Shown: positions 1 to 12,180, counted from the stretch's first letter. The stretch is 64,000 bases of DNA from Neocallimastix sp. 'constans' (GCA_050613775.1 JBODTK010000123.1:62001-126000); one strand, 5' to 3'. The notes: generated by a model from the letters alone, not told the origin. A program made the numbers and translations.

Positions 1-7
1 TAATTAA

Positions 8-363
<356 letters not shown>

Positions 364-509
364 ATTATATCTAAATATTTTTTAAATATTTAATAATTAT
401 TAATCTATTTATATATATATATATATTTATTCATACTATTATTATTATATTTCTTGAATATATAATGAAAAATAAAGATGAAAAATTTTAAATTTGATTT
501 TAAGAATAT

Positions 510-556
<47 letters not shown>

Positions 557-743
557 TTTATTTTATTTTTATTTTATTTTTTTTATATTCATTCTTTTTT
601 TTTTATTCATTTACAATTTTTAAGTATGGTTGACTTGTTATGCCATTGAAACATAACCTTTTTTTAAGATATAAATAAATGAATAATATATATATATATT
701 AAAATATGATATTTCCTAAAAATAGGTGTAAATCGTAAATTCA

Positions 744-880
744 TTTTAAAACTAAAAGTATTGTATTTTTTTTTTATTTAAAAAAAAATATTTTTGATTT
801 TAAAACTAAATGTAATTTTTTTTTTATTTAAAAAAATATTTTTGATTTTAAAACTAAATGTAATTTTTTTTTTATTTTAT
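744..880. repeat. ~51-53 bp tandem repeat, ~2.5 copies
   Basis: TTTTAAAACTAAA(T)GTAATTTTTTTTTTATTTAAAAAAATATTTTTGA recurs at ~744, ~798 and ~846. Confidence 0.7.
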
Positions 881-1173
881 TTTATCTTATTTTATAAAAA
901 ATAGTTCATAATTATTTTATTCTTAAATTTCACTATAAAAATTATTATAAATTATTTATATCAAATATATATATATATTTTTTTTTAAATATATATATGT
1001 ATATTTTTCCTCTTTCTCTTTCTCTTTCTATTTTTTTTATTTTTTTTCTATTTTTTTATTTTTTTTCTATTTTTTTATTTTATTTTTTCTATTTTATTTT
1101 TTCTATTTTTTTTTTCTTTAATATTCTATAATCTTTATTATTTTGTTTTATTTTGTTTTGTTTTGTTTTGTTT

Positions 1174-1518
1174 TTAATTTTCTAACATTTCAGATATAAT
1201 GGATAAAGCAATAGAAAATCCTTCTAATGGTGTTAATGGGTGCATGACATCAAATTGATAATCTGTTGAATTCATTTGTTCAAAAGTAAATAAAATAGGT
1301 CTCGGTTGATTAGTGTCATTAATGGAGAGATCAGGATTATACTTTCTTTGGTGATAATTACTAAAGAAAAATTCTTATATATATATAAATATAAGTATAA
1401 ATATAAGTATAAACATAAATTTTTTTTTTTTTAATTTTACACATTTAATGAAATTTATAATAATAATAGTAATAATAACAATAATAATCGATATAAAAAA
1501 AAGAAATATAAAATATAA

Positions 1519-1550
<32 letters not shown>

Positions 1551-1812
1551 ATTTATTTATTTTTATATTTATTTTATATATATATTTATTTTTTATATTA
1601 ATTATTTTACCTCCAGAGGTTTCAGTAAAGTTGACACATCTATATTTATTTGATGCCTTATTAGGATCAAATTTTTTTGAACCAAATTTACCAGTATTTA
1701 TTCTTGGGCCTTTAAACATTATACATAATATATAGAAATAATGTATTATTAATGATATCCTTAGTTTATATATTCATTTATATATTTACTAATATATCTT
1801 ATTATAAGGGTC

Positions 1813-1849
<37 letters not shown>

Positions 1850-1863
1850 TATTATTATTACTA

Positions 1864-1911
<48 letters not shown>

Positions 1912-1934
1912 TATTATTATTATTATTATTACTA

Positions 1935-2012
<78 letters not shown>

Positions 2013-2038
2013 TATTATTATTATTATTATTATTACTA

Positions 2039-2136
<98 letters not shown>

Positions 2137-2982
2137 ATTATTATTATTATTGTTATTATTGTTGTTATTCAAATTTTATTAATTAAAATGATTACGTTGA
2201 GGCCCTGGATTACTATTTAAGAAGAATAAATTATCTTCATTTTCGAAATCAACATCATTTAATATATCGGGTATAGGCTATTCATAAAAAATAATTGATT
2301 AATAAAATTTTTATTAATACAGTTTTAAAATTTTTTAATATTATAGAGGTAAAACTTTTTATTTTTATTTTTATTTTTTTCTTAGTATAAATATTTTCAT
2401 ATATAAAAAAAAAAAGAAATATATATATATGTATATATGAACAAGTAATGACTCTTACTTTTGTTGTATCATAAAACAAACCTGGAGTGGCTACAAATAT
2501 ATTATGGTTCACTAAATTTGTCTTAAAAAAAAAATTAAATATAATCAATATATTAAATATCATGTATAGTTGTTTATTTAAATATATATCATAAACAATA
2601 ATTAATATACATATTGATTATAATTATCGTTCATTAATAATATATATATTAAAATAAAATAAATAAATAAAATTAATATTATATAAAATAATTACAAATC
2701 TTATTAGAGCTGCTGTTTTTAAACCTTTATTAGGTAATCTTGGATTATATTTCCTTGAATCTAAAAGTGTATATAACGAATGTTCTTTTAAATATCTATG
2801 AATTTTATATTGATATATAAATATAAATATAAATATTAATTATTTAAAATTATAAAATAATCATGAATAAAATAATGAATATTTAAAATTTAATAAACCA
2901 CTTTATTTTATATATGTTATCATGACTGGAATAATATACCAGTCATGCAACATATATAAAATATATCATTGCTATCATGATC

Positions 2983-3023
<41 letters not shown>

Positions 3024-3170
3024 ATAATAACTTTTTCAATCATTATTATTATCATTATCATTATCATTATTACTATTACTATTACTATTATTATTACTAT
3101 TACTATTACTATTATTATTACTATTACTATTACTATTATTATTACTATTACTATTACTATTATTATTATA

Positions 3171-3216
<46 letters not shown>

Positions 3217-3749
3217 TCTATTTTTTTTTATTCTTTTTTTATTTTTTTTTATTTTTTTTTTTTCATTTTTTTTTTTTTTTTTTTTTTTACCTTAAAGTAC
3301 CAACATAATTTTCTTTTGATTTTTTCACCGTTTGAGGGGTATATTTACTGATGATATAATTAGGTTTCTTACATTTTTTACGACGACGTGCCAACAATAG
3401 AGGTGTAGGCAAGGGATTTCCTCTATTATTAGGATGACCTTTTTTAGAAAGTTGAATACCTGAAGGTGCATTGGAAGTATTGTAGAGGGCAAAACGAGGA
3501 TAAAGACGATCCATTAATGTTTCATTTAAACGAACAATACGTAATCTTAAAACACCTGTCACCGGTGTTCGACTTTTAATTTATATATGTATATTGTAAT
3601 TTAAATTTATTATATATATTTATATCAAATAAAATAATTTCAAATATATATTAGTTAAAATAATTATAATAATTTAAAAATATATAATGTTATATTTTTT
3701 TATTTATTAATATATTAAAAAAAAAATAAAAATAAATAAAAATAGAAAT

Positions 3750-3780
<31 letters not shown>

Positions 3781-5834
3781 AAAGAAAAAATTAAAATAAT
3801 TATTAATATATATTATATAAAAAAAATCATATATTTTATAAATGAAAAAAAAAAAAAAAAAAAAATTCATTGATTTATAGAAATATTTAATTTTATATTT
3901 TATATATATATTTTATTATATTTGATTATATATATATATTGTATTTAATTTATACAGACAAATAATGACTTACTTGTAAATACTATCTGCATTAATATCT
4001 AATATATCTAGCATACGAGGAGGCGCAGCTTTATCTTCCTCCTCTTTTGTTTTTGATTTTGAACCATTCTTTCTTTTTTTACCACTCTCTCCTTTTTTGG
4101 CTTCTTTTTCTCTTTCCTTTGGTGAGAGAGAGCTTTTATCGACCAAGGTATTAGTACTAGTATTTTGTTTTGAATTCTTTTTATTTCCATCTTTAGAACC
4201 TAATTTACTCTTTGATTTTTGAGGTTTCAGTTTACCCTCATTTTTATTATTACTTAATTTTTTATTAGAAACTGATTTTGATTTATTTTTATTTGAATTT
4301 CCCTTTTTATTTCTTCTATTTTCCTCCTCCTCGTCCTCCTCATCCTCATCCTCATCATTATCATCTTCTTCAGAGTTACTTTCATTAGAATCTGAATCCT
4401 CATTAGAACTGGATTCTTCACTCTCATTATCCATAATAATTTTTTCTTCTTCAATATCATCAGTATTCATATCTTGAACTTCTGTTTCTGATCCTGAATC
4501 TTCATCTTCATCTTCCTCTTCCTCTGAAAATGAATTAGATTTAGATTTTATTTTCTTTTTATTCTTTGAATGATGATGATAACGACCATTTTTATGATAT
4601 TTTTCTTCTGTTTCTGTTTCATCATTGTCATTATCATTATCATTATCATCATTTTCCTCAATATCTTCTTCATTAAAATCATCATCTTCTGTTAGTTTAA
4701 TTTCTTTAATATCATCCTCTTCATCCTCCTCAGGATCAGAATTTGAAAATGAATTAGAATCATCGAAATTTGAATCTGAACTAGAATCAAAATCTGAATA
4801 AGATTTCTTTTTATTTGATTTAGACGTTTGATTGTTGTTTTTATAATTATTTGAAAGAAAAGATTTATTAGGTGGTCTTACCACCAATACTTTAGGCTGA
4901 CCAGAAGATACGGGCTTTTTAGAGTTATGATTATGATTCGAATCAATTTTTTTTGAACTATTTTTATCATGAGTATGATGCTTATGCTTAGAAGACGGTA
5001 GTTGTCCTACAGATTTAGATCTACTTAACGCCTTTTTATTATTTGTATCATGACTTTTTTTCTTTTTTAAATCATCATATCTATCTTCCTGATCACTGTG
5101 ATGTTTATTCATATGAGATGAATGATGATGTTGCGAGGAAGATTTTATATTTTTATCTGTGGACGATTTCAGTTTTTTATATTTTTCATATTTTTTTACT
5201 GGTGAAATTAAAAATAATATTGTTAAATAACAAAATAAAATAATATATATATATATATAAAAGTATATAAATATACAAATAATAAATGTTAAAATTCAAG
5301 TCATAGGACGATATAATCATAATAAAAATAAAAATAATAAATAAATAAATTATAATTATATAAATATTATTATTATTATTATTATTCCTTTTTTATTTTA
5401 TATTAATATTTTTGTTTATTCTTATTATTATTATTATTAAACTACTTTAATTTTTCCATTTATATTTTCCTTTTGTTTTGTTTCTATTTTTATTTTAATT
5501 ATTATTATTTTTTTTTTTTAATAAAAAAATATTATCAAAAAAAACTTTTCTCTATATTTTTATCATTAAAAAAAGGCATTTATTATTATTATAATTATTA
5601 TTATTAATTTTATAATTATTATTGTATTATTATTATTATTACTATTATTATCTTTATATATATCTTTATCTTTATATTTATATTCATATTTATATTCATA
5701 TTTATATTCATATTCATATTACCGATAGCTTTATCCGTCGCAATATCAGATTTCGTTGGTTTCCTACCATATTTTTTAATAAACGTTTTTTCCCATTGTC
5801 TTATATCTGTTTTTAAGGTGTCAATTGAATTCAT
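1174..5834 (-). CDS. Sld2/RecQ4-like N-terminal domain + acidic/basic low-complexity linker + divergent Tubby C-terminal domain protein (~720 aa, 8 exons)
   Basis: Phase-consistent GT-AG exons: 5723-5834, 3974-5198, 3291-3572, 2696-2795, 2459-2521, 2196-2277, 1611-1709, 1174-1373 (2163 nt, ATG to TAA). N-terminus LKTDIRQWEKTFIKKYGRKPTKSDIATDKAIVKKYEKYKKLK matches the Drc1/Sld2-RecQ4 motif (W-E-x2-F-x4-GRxPTxxDI...YxxYxxLK). C-terminal motifs LRIVR...LYPRFAL, LLLARRRKK..PNYIIS, NYVGTLR, YRCVNF and FDVMHPLTPLEGFSIALS follow the Tubby domain order. Confidence 0.8.
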
Positions 5835-6860
5835 TTTTTCATATTTTATTTTGTTTTATTTTTTATTTTTCTATATATATATATTCTCTCTCTTAAATTT
5901 TAATAATATATAAATATTTATATAGATTATGAATTTCTGCTATAAAATTAAAATTATATATATATATATATATTAATAATAAGTGAAACTAAAAAAAAAA
6001 TAAAAAAAAAGTTCAATTAAGATATTACCAAAAATACACAAAATAAAAAAAATAAAAAAGTTTAAATAAATTATAAAAATTATTATTTCTTATTATTATT
6101 TTATATTTTATTGTTATCTTTATTTTTTTTTTTTTTATTATTATTTTTTTATAATTATTATAGTAATTATTATTATTATTATTACAATTACAATCTAAAC
6201 TATTACTACATTTATAATTAATTATTTATTTAATTATCTATTTATTTATTTATTTTATATAAATTATTATTATTTATATTAAAAATAAGATTTTTAAAGT
6301 TTGAAATATTATTTCAAAAATCAAAATTTTAAAAAAAAAAAAAAAAAAATTATAAAAAAAATTTTTTTAATAATACAAATGATATTCAGTACGACAAAAT
6401 TATAATTAAAAAATCTTAAAAGATTAAAGTAAAATATAAATATATAATAATAAAATAAAATAAAATGAAAATTAAAATGAAAAAATACTAAATGAATATA
6501 AAATTAAATAATTAAGCACTTTATAATTTATTTATAAATATATATATAAATATACATTTTACATCTCAATACATTTTCATATCATTTACCAACAATTTGT
6601 TATTTTTATTTGATTTTTTTTTTCTTTAAAATTATATTTATAAATTTACTAATATATATTTATTGTATTATATTATATTTTATTTTACTTTATTTTTTTT
6701 GTATTATAACTAAATACTTATTGTTATAAAATAACCAAAAAACAAAACAAAACAAAAAAAAAAAAAAAAAAAAAAAATAATAAAAATAAAAAATAAAAAT
6801 AAAATAAAATAAAATAAAATGAAATAAAATAAAATAAAATAAAATAAAATAAAATAAAAT

Positions 6861-7716
6861 AAATAGTAGAATATTAAATATAAAGTACAGATTGAATAAA
6901 ATAAAAAAAAAAAATAAAATAAATAGTAGAATATTAAATATAAAGTACAGATTGAATAAAATAAAATAAAATAAATAGTAGAATATTAAATATAAAGTAC
7001 AGATTGAATAAAATAAAATAAAATAAATAGTAGAATATTAAATATAAAGTACAGATTGAATAAAATAAAAAAAATAAAATAAATAGTATAATATTAAATA
7101 TAAAGTACAGATTGAATAAAATAAAATAAAATAAAATAAATAGTAGAATATTAAATATAAAGTACAGATTGAATAAAATAAAATAAAATAAATAGTATAA
7201 TATTAAATATAAAGTACAGATTGAATAAAATAAAATAAAATAAAATAAATAGTAGAATATTAAATATAAAGTACAGATTGAATAAAATAAAATAAAATAA
7301 ATAGTAGAATATTAAATATAAAGTACAGATTGAATAAAATAAAATAAAATAAATAGTAGAATATTAAATATAAAGTACAGATTGAATAAAATAAAAAAAA
7401 TAAAATAAATAGTATAATATTAAATATAAAGTACAGATTGAATAAAATAAAATAAAATAAAATAAATAGTAGAATATTAAATATAAAGTACAGATTGAAT
7501 AAAATAAAATAAAATAAATAGTATAATATTAAATATAAAGTACAGATTGAATAAAATAAAATAAAATAAAATAAATAGTAGAATATTAAATATAAAGTAC
7601 AGATTGAATAAAATAAAATAAAATAAATAGTAGAATATTAAATATAAAGTACAGATTGAATAAAATAAAATAAAATAAATAGTAGAATATTAAATATAAA
7701 GTACAGATTAAATAAA

Positions 7717-7753
<37 letters not shown>

Positions 7754-8420
7754 CAGGGAAGAGAATACACTTCCAAAATTTTATTAATTTTATTTATAAA
7801 AAATACATGTAGGTGAAAAGTACATTTGAAATTAAAAATAAAAAATTAAAAGATAAAAAAATAAAAAGCTCGAAATTACTATGTATTTCGGCAAGTTGTA
7901 CTATGCGGGAATTTTACCCTTCCTATCAAATAAAAAAGAAATAAAATTTAGAAGTAACATCCTTAAAATAGATAGTGTGGTGTCCACTAAACTCTCCCCG
8001 GATTCATCATTTATTGAGCTACTAGGGCGAGAATCACCCTTCGTAGTAATAGATGATAATCCTGTATTTTCATTATGCCTTATCAGTACGACGTCGACGC
8101 TCTTGGTTAAGTTTGATATTTTGCAATACCTATCAAATAATAGCTCAAACGAACTACTAATGATAGGTATTGCATTTGTTAAGAATTCCGCCAAGCCCAC
8201 AATTTTCGGAACAGGTGACTCAGATGATTAAATAAAATAAAATAAAATAAATAGTAGAATATTAAATATAAAGTACAGAATGAATAAAATAAAATAAAAT
8301 AAATAGTAGAGTATTAAATATAAAGTACAGAATGAATAAAATAAAATAAAATAAAATAAATAGTATAATATTAAATATAAAGTACAGATTGAATAAAATA
8401 AAATAAAATAAAATAAAATA
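6861..8420. repeat. Minisatellite, 52-60 bp unit AAATAGTA(G/T)AATATTAAATATAAAGTACAGATTG(AATAA)n; 16 copies plus 3 copies after an insertion
   Basis: Unit starts at 6861, 6921, 6973, 7025, 7081, 7138, 7190, 7247, 7299, 7351, 7407, 7464, 7516, 7573, 7625, 7677, then 8249, 8301, 8358. Confidence 0.95.
7720..8225 (-). mobile_element. 5'-truncated non-LTR retrotransposon (LINE-like) 3' fragment with poly(A) tail and 14-bp TSD
   Basis: Poly-T at 7720-7750 reads as poly(A) on the minus strand. GATTAAATAAAATA is duplicated at 7706-7719 and 8226-8239. GC is higher than the flanks. A minus-strand ORF is open from the 5' junction to a stop at 7901, followed by a T-rich 3' UTR. Confidence 0.82.
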
Positions 8421-8601
8421 GAATAGAATAAGAAATAAATTCTTATAAATATATTTAAAAAAAAAAAAAAAAGTGCACATAAATAAAAAAAAAAAAAAAA
8501 AAAAAACACTTTAAAATTTATACATATATTTTACATCTCAATACATTTTCACATCATTTATTAACAATTTTTTATTTTTACTATATATAAATGAATGAAT
8601 A

Positions 8602-8646
<45 letters not shown>

Positions 8647-8877
8647 TACTTTTTAATAACTTTTTATTACTTTTATTTTATATTACTATTTGATTTAATA
8701 AATATAAATTATTAAAATTATTATTCTTAATAATTATTTATTGTAATAATAATTACTATTTCTTTCATGTTAAAAAAAGGGTGTTTTTTATATATATATA
8801 AATATATAAATATAAATAAGTTAAAAAAGATTATGTAATTCAAATTATTATTTTAATTATTATTATTATTATTATTA

Positions 8878-8911
<34 letters not shown>

Positions 8912-9312
8912 TTAAATATTTTTAAAAATATAGTGAATTTTAATTTATAGGATTGTTTTTTTTTTTTTTTTTTTTTTTTTTTTGTTATATTTATTTGATA
9001 TTTAATTTTTTATAAATAATTATTTATTTTATTGTTAAATTTATTTATATACCATATTTAAAAAAATTTGGTATATTAATCTTTAACTATTATTAACAAA
9101 ATAAAATAAAGAAAGAAAGAAAAGTAAAAATATTTTTATATAAAGTAATTGAAAAGAAATAAAATACTAACCTAACTATATTAAATAAAAGCATTTTCTA
9201 AAAAAAAAAAAAAAAAAAAAAAAAATATTAAGAAATGTAATTATTAAAATTTTAATGAATAACATATCTATATATTTAATTATTATAAATATTATTGCTT
9301 TTTAATTTTTTA

Positions 9313-9351
<39 letters not shown>

Positions 9352-9494
9352 TTGTTGTTGTTGTTGTTGTTGTTTTGTTTTGTTTTTGCATTTCAAAAAT
9401 ATTAAATCATTTTTACAAATTAAATATTTAAAATACTTATTATATTTTTATCTAATATCTAATATACCTAATATATATATTTTTAGTATATGTT

Positions 9495-9533
<39 letters not shown>

Positions 9534-9603
9534 TTGCTTTGAATATATATATTATTATTTTATATTTCAATTTTAAAATACTTTTCATTATAATTTATTT
9601 ATT

Positions 9604-9636
<33 letters not shown>

Positions 9637-9903
9637 TTACTTTTCTTCTTAATTTAATTTTTACTTTATTTTAAATTTAATAATTATATATATATTTTTC
9701 TCTAATTTTTGTTGATAGTATTAAAACTTTTTATAAAAAGATTCTTAAGATTAAAATGAATTATAATTATCATTATAACTTTTTTATCTTATTATTATTA
9801 TTATTATTCTTTCTTTTCTTTTGATTTTCCTCTTATTTTTTATTTTTTATTGTTTTTTTTTTTTTTTATTTTATTTTATTTTATTTTACTTTTTTTCTTT
9901 TTT

Positions 9904-9978
<75 letters not shown>

Positions 9979-10030
9979 TTTTTATTTTTTTATTTTTTAA
10001 TTCATCAATAAATTAAATATTAAATATTAT

Positions 10031-12180
10031 TTAAATATCACAAATTGGTCTTCGTATACCATCCATAGGTATATATCTTTCAGAGCCAATTACACCATAT
10101 TCAATTATATTGATCATACCACATCTGGCAACACGAGTTAAACCGCCCCCACCATTTAAGTATGAACCTTCAATATTACCATTTTCATCACAAAGTTTAA
10201 ATTTAAATGTATTACCACGACCATCCTCACTTGAATCATTATTATAATTATAACCAAGGCTTCTATTTGTTGATAATTGTTCATATTTTTGTCTTAAACT
10301 GTTAGATCCTTTATATTTTGGTGAGTAATGATCTGAATTATATGGATCAAAATCAAAATCATCTAATTCATCTTGATATCCATAATCACTATCATCACTT
10401 TCTTCACTACTTTCACAATAAGAACTATCAACAATAATATCTAAAAGCCAATAATGTGGACCTAAATGCAATTCTGAATTGGTTTCATCAAAACCATAAC
10501 CTGAATTTAACCAACTTGTTGGACAGCAAGGATCATCCGTTGTCCCTAATTTTCAATTATAAAATTTAATAAATAAATAGATATTTACATTATAATATAT
10601 TAAACAAATTAATAATAATTTAAGTATATATAACAATAAATAAAATGTAATTATAATATTAAATAAATAACAATTTATTAAGAAAGTAAAGATTATTATT
10701 TTCCAATCTAATGATAAATTATGTAATTATTTTTTTATGATATTTACAATCAAGAGGTGTTCCTAATGGTATATTTTTATATTCGTTACCTAAACGTTTT
10801 CCTAATGGAACCCAAGATAATTTATCATCTTGTTCTAAAATATATATATTATAAATATATTTGAATAATTATAATAAAATAAGCAATATATTAGTAAAAT
10901 ATTGAAGTTATTTAACAAATTATATGAGAATTATATATATTGATTGATTGATTTCTAATTATTTATTTATCTAATTATTTATTTATCTAATTAATTATTT
11001 ATTTATTTATCAATCTATTTACTTATTTATTTATCAATTTATTTACTTATTTATTTATTTATTTACTTATTTATTTATTTACTTATCTATGTATTTATTT
11101 ATTTATCTATTTATTCATTTTATTAAATTATTAAACTTTTAATAACTTCAATTAATGCTTTTATTTAGTATATATATATATATATATCACCATTTATTTA
11201 CCTCTAATTAATTTCTTAGATTTATCTTTGACATTAGTATGATAAATTGGTACATCCTGAGAAGTTATTGTATACATTTTGCTACTTGGGCGAGCACCAA
11301 TAATGTGAACACTTTGTCCAGGAGCAGTTTGACGATAAACGTAAATTAAAGTACGATGCCAGTCCTTACCATAGATTTGATTTATCCAACCTAAATGTCT
11401 TGGAATTTTTAAATTACTACCATTATAATTAAGGAAATAATTTTCCTTAATCTTTTTATCATGCATAATATGAATATGTTCATATCTATATAGCCATATA
11501 AATAATTTTTTTTTTTTTTTTTTTTTGTAAATCCCATTAATATAATAATAAAATAGATAAATAAAATTATATATACAAATATTTATTAATTCTAAAGAAG
11601 CGTAATTTAAAAATTGGAAATAAATTTTTTTTTTTTTAATATATATATATTTTAATTATTCTATTAATTAAGCAATCTTAGCATAATTTTTTCTTAAACT
11701 AATTAATTTTACGAACATTAAATAAAATTCAGTCATTTTTGGTCTTCCAAAACCACCTGAAGTATGAGAAAATCTGAAATATAATGGACGGAAAGATTGC
11801 TTGTGATTATCATTATTATTGTCAACAAGTTGACGGAATGGGTTAACCTTTCCAACAACAACATAACCATCTGAAAGTTTTACATGTAAATATACATTAT
11901 GTTCATGGTTTGTTCCTTTTTTCTCTTTTTTTCCAAGAAATTGAACATTAATCTTTTATATATATTATTATTATTATTATTATTGTTATTATTATTACTA
12001 TTACTATTAATTATTGTACAATCATATCAATGCTAAGTACTTATCATTAAATAAAATTTATATATAATATTGTTTTATTACAATAATTACCTTTACAACA
12101 CCAGAAAATTTCAAACCATTATGAGATTCAGGTTTAACATCAGCATATATTAATTCGATATACTTTGAATCTTCAAACAT
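10031..12180 (-). CDS. CBM21-like domain + alpha-amylase C-terminal-extension-like domain protein, no catalytic domain (~403 aa, 5 exons)
   Basis: Phase-consistent GT-AG exons 12091-12180, 11717-11952, 11202-11485, 10748-10834, 10031-10545 (1212 nt). Translation includes FSGVVKINV...EFYLIYE...NYFLNYNGSNLKI (CBM21-like), then WHRTLIYVYRQTAPGQSVHIIG, DDKLSW, GTPLDWTTD, GYG...GPHYWLLDIIVDSS and VARCGMINIIEY. The ORF is well supported; the product call rests on recalled motif similarity. Confidence 0.7.

Larger units (their letters stand above)
6517..8580. repeat. Diverged direct repeat pair (~6517-6610 and ~8507-8580) bracketing the minisatellite
   Basis: Shared core ATTTTACATCTCAATACATTTTCA(T/C)ATCATTTA..AACAATTT at 6556 and 8528, each preceded by CACTTTA.AATTTAT. 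Confidence 0.8.

Noticed and set aside
1174..1373. Apparent frameshift or pseudogene in the last Tubby exon
   Set aside because: The TAG acceptor at 1361-1362 gives a premature stop, but the AAG acceptor at 1374-1375 restores the frame through HPLTPLEGFSIALS to a normal stop.
6861..7719. CRISPR-like array of regularly spaced identical repeats
   Set aside because: The intervening sequences are only (AATAA)n variants, not unique spacers. The context is eukaryotic and no cas genes are present; it is a minisatellite.
7881..8231. Plus-strand 116-aa ORF as a host gene
   Set aside because: It lies wholly within the TSD-flanked insert, antisense to the poly(A) orientation, with no recognisable motifs.
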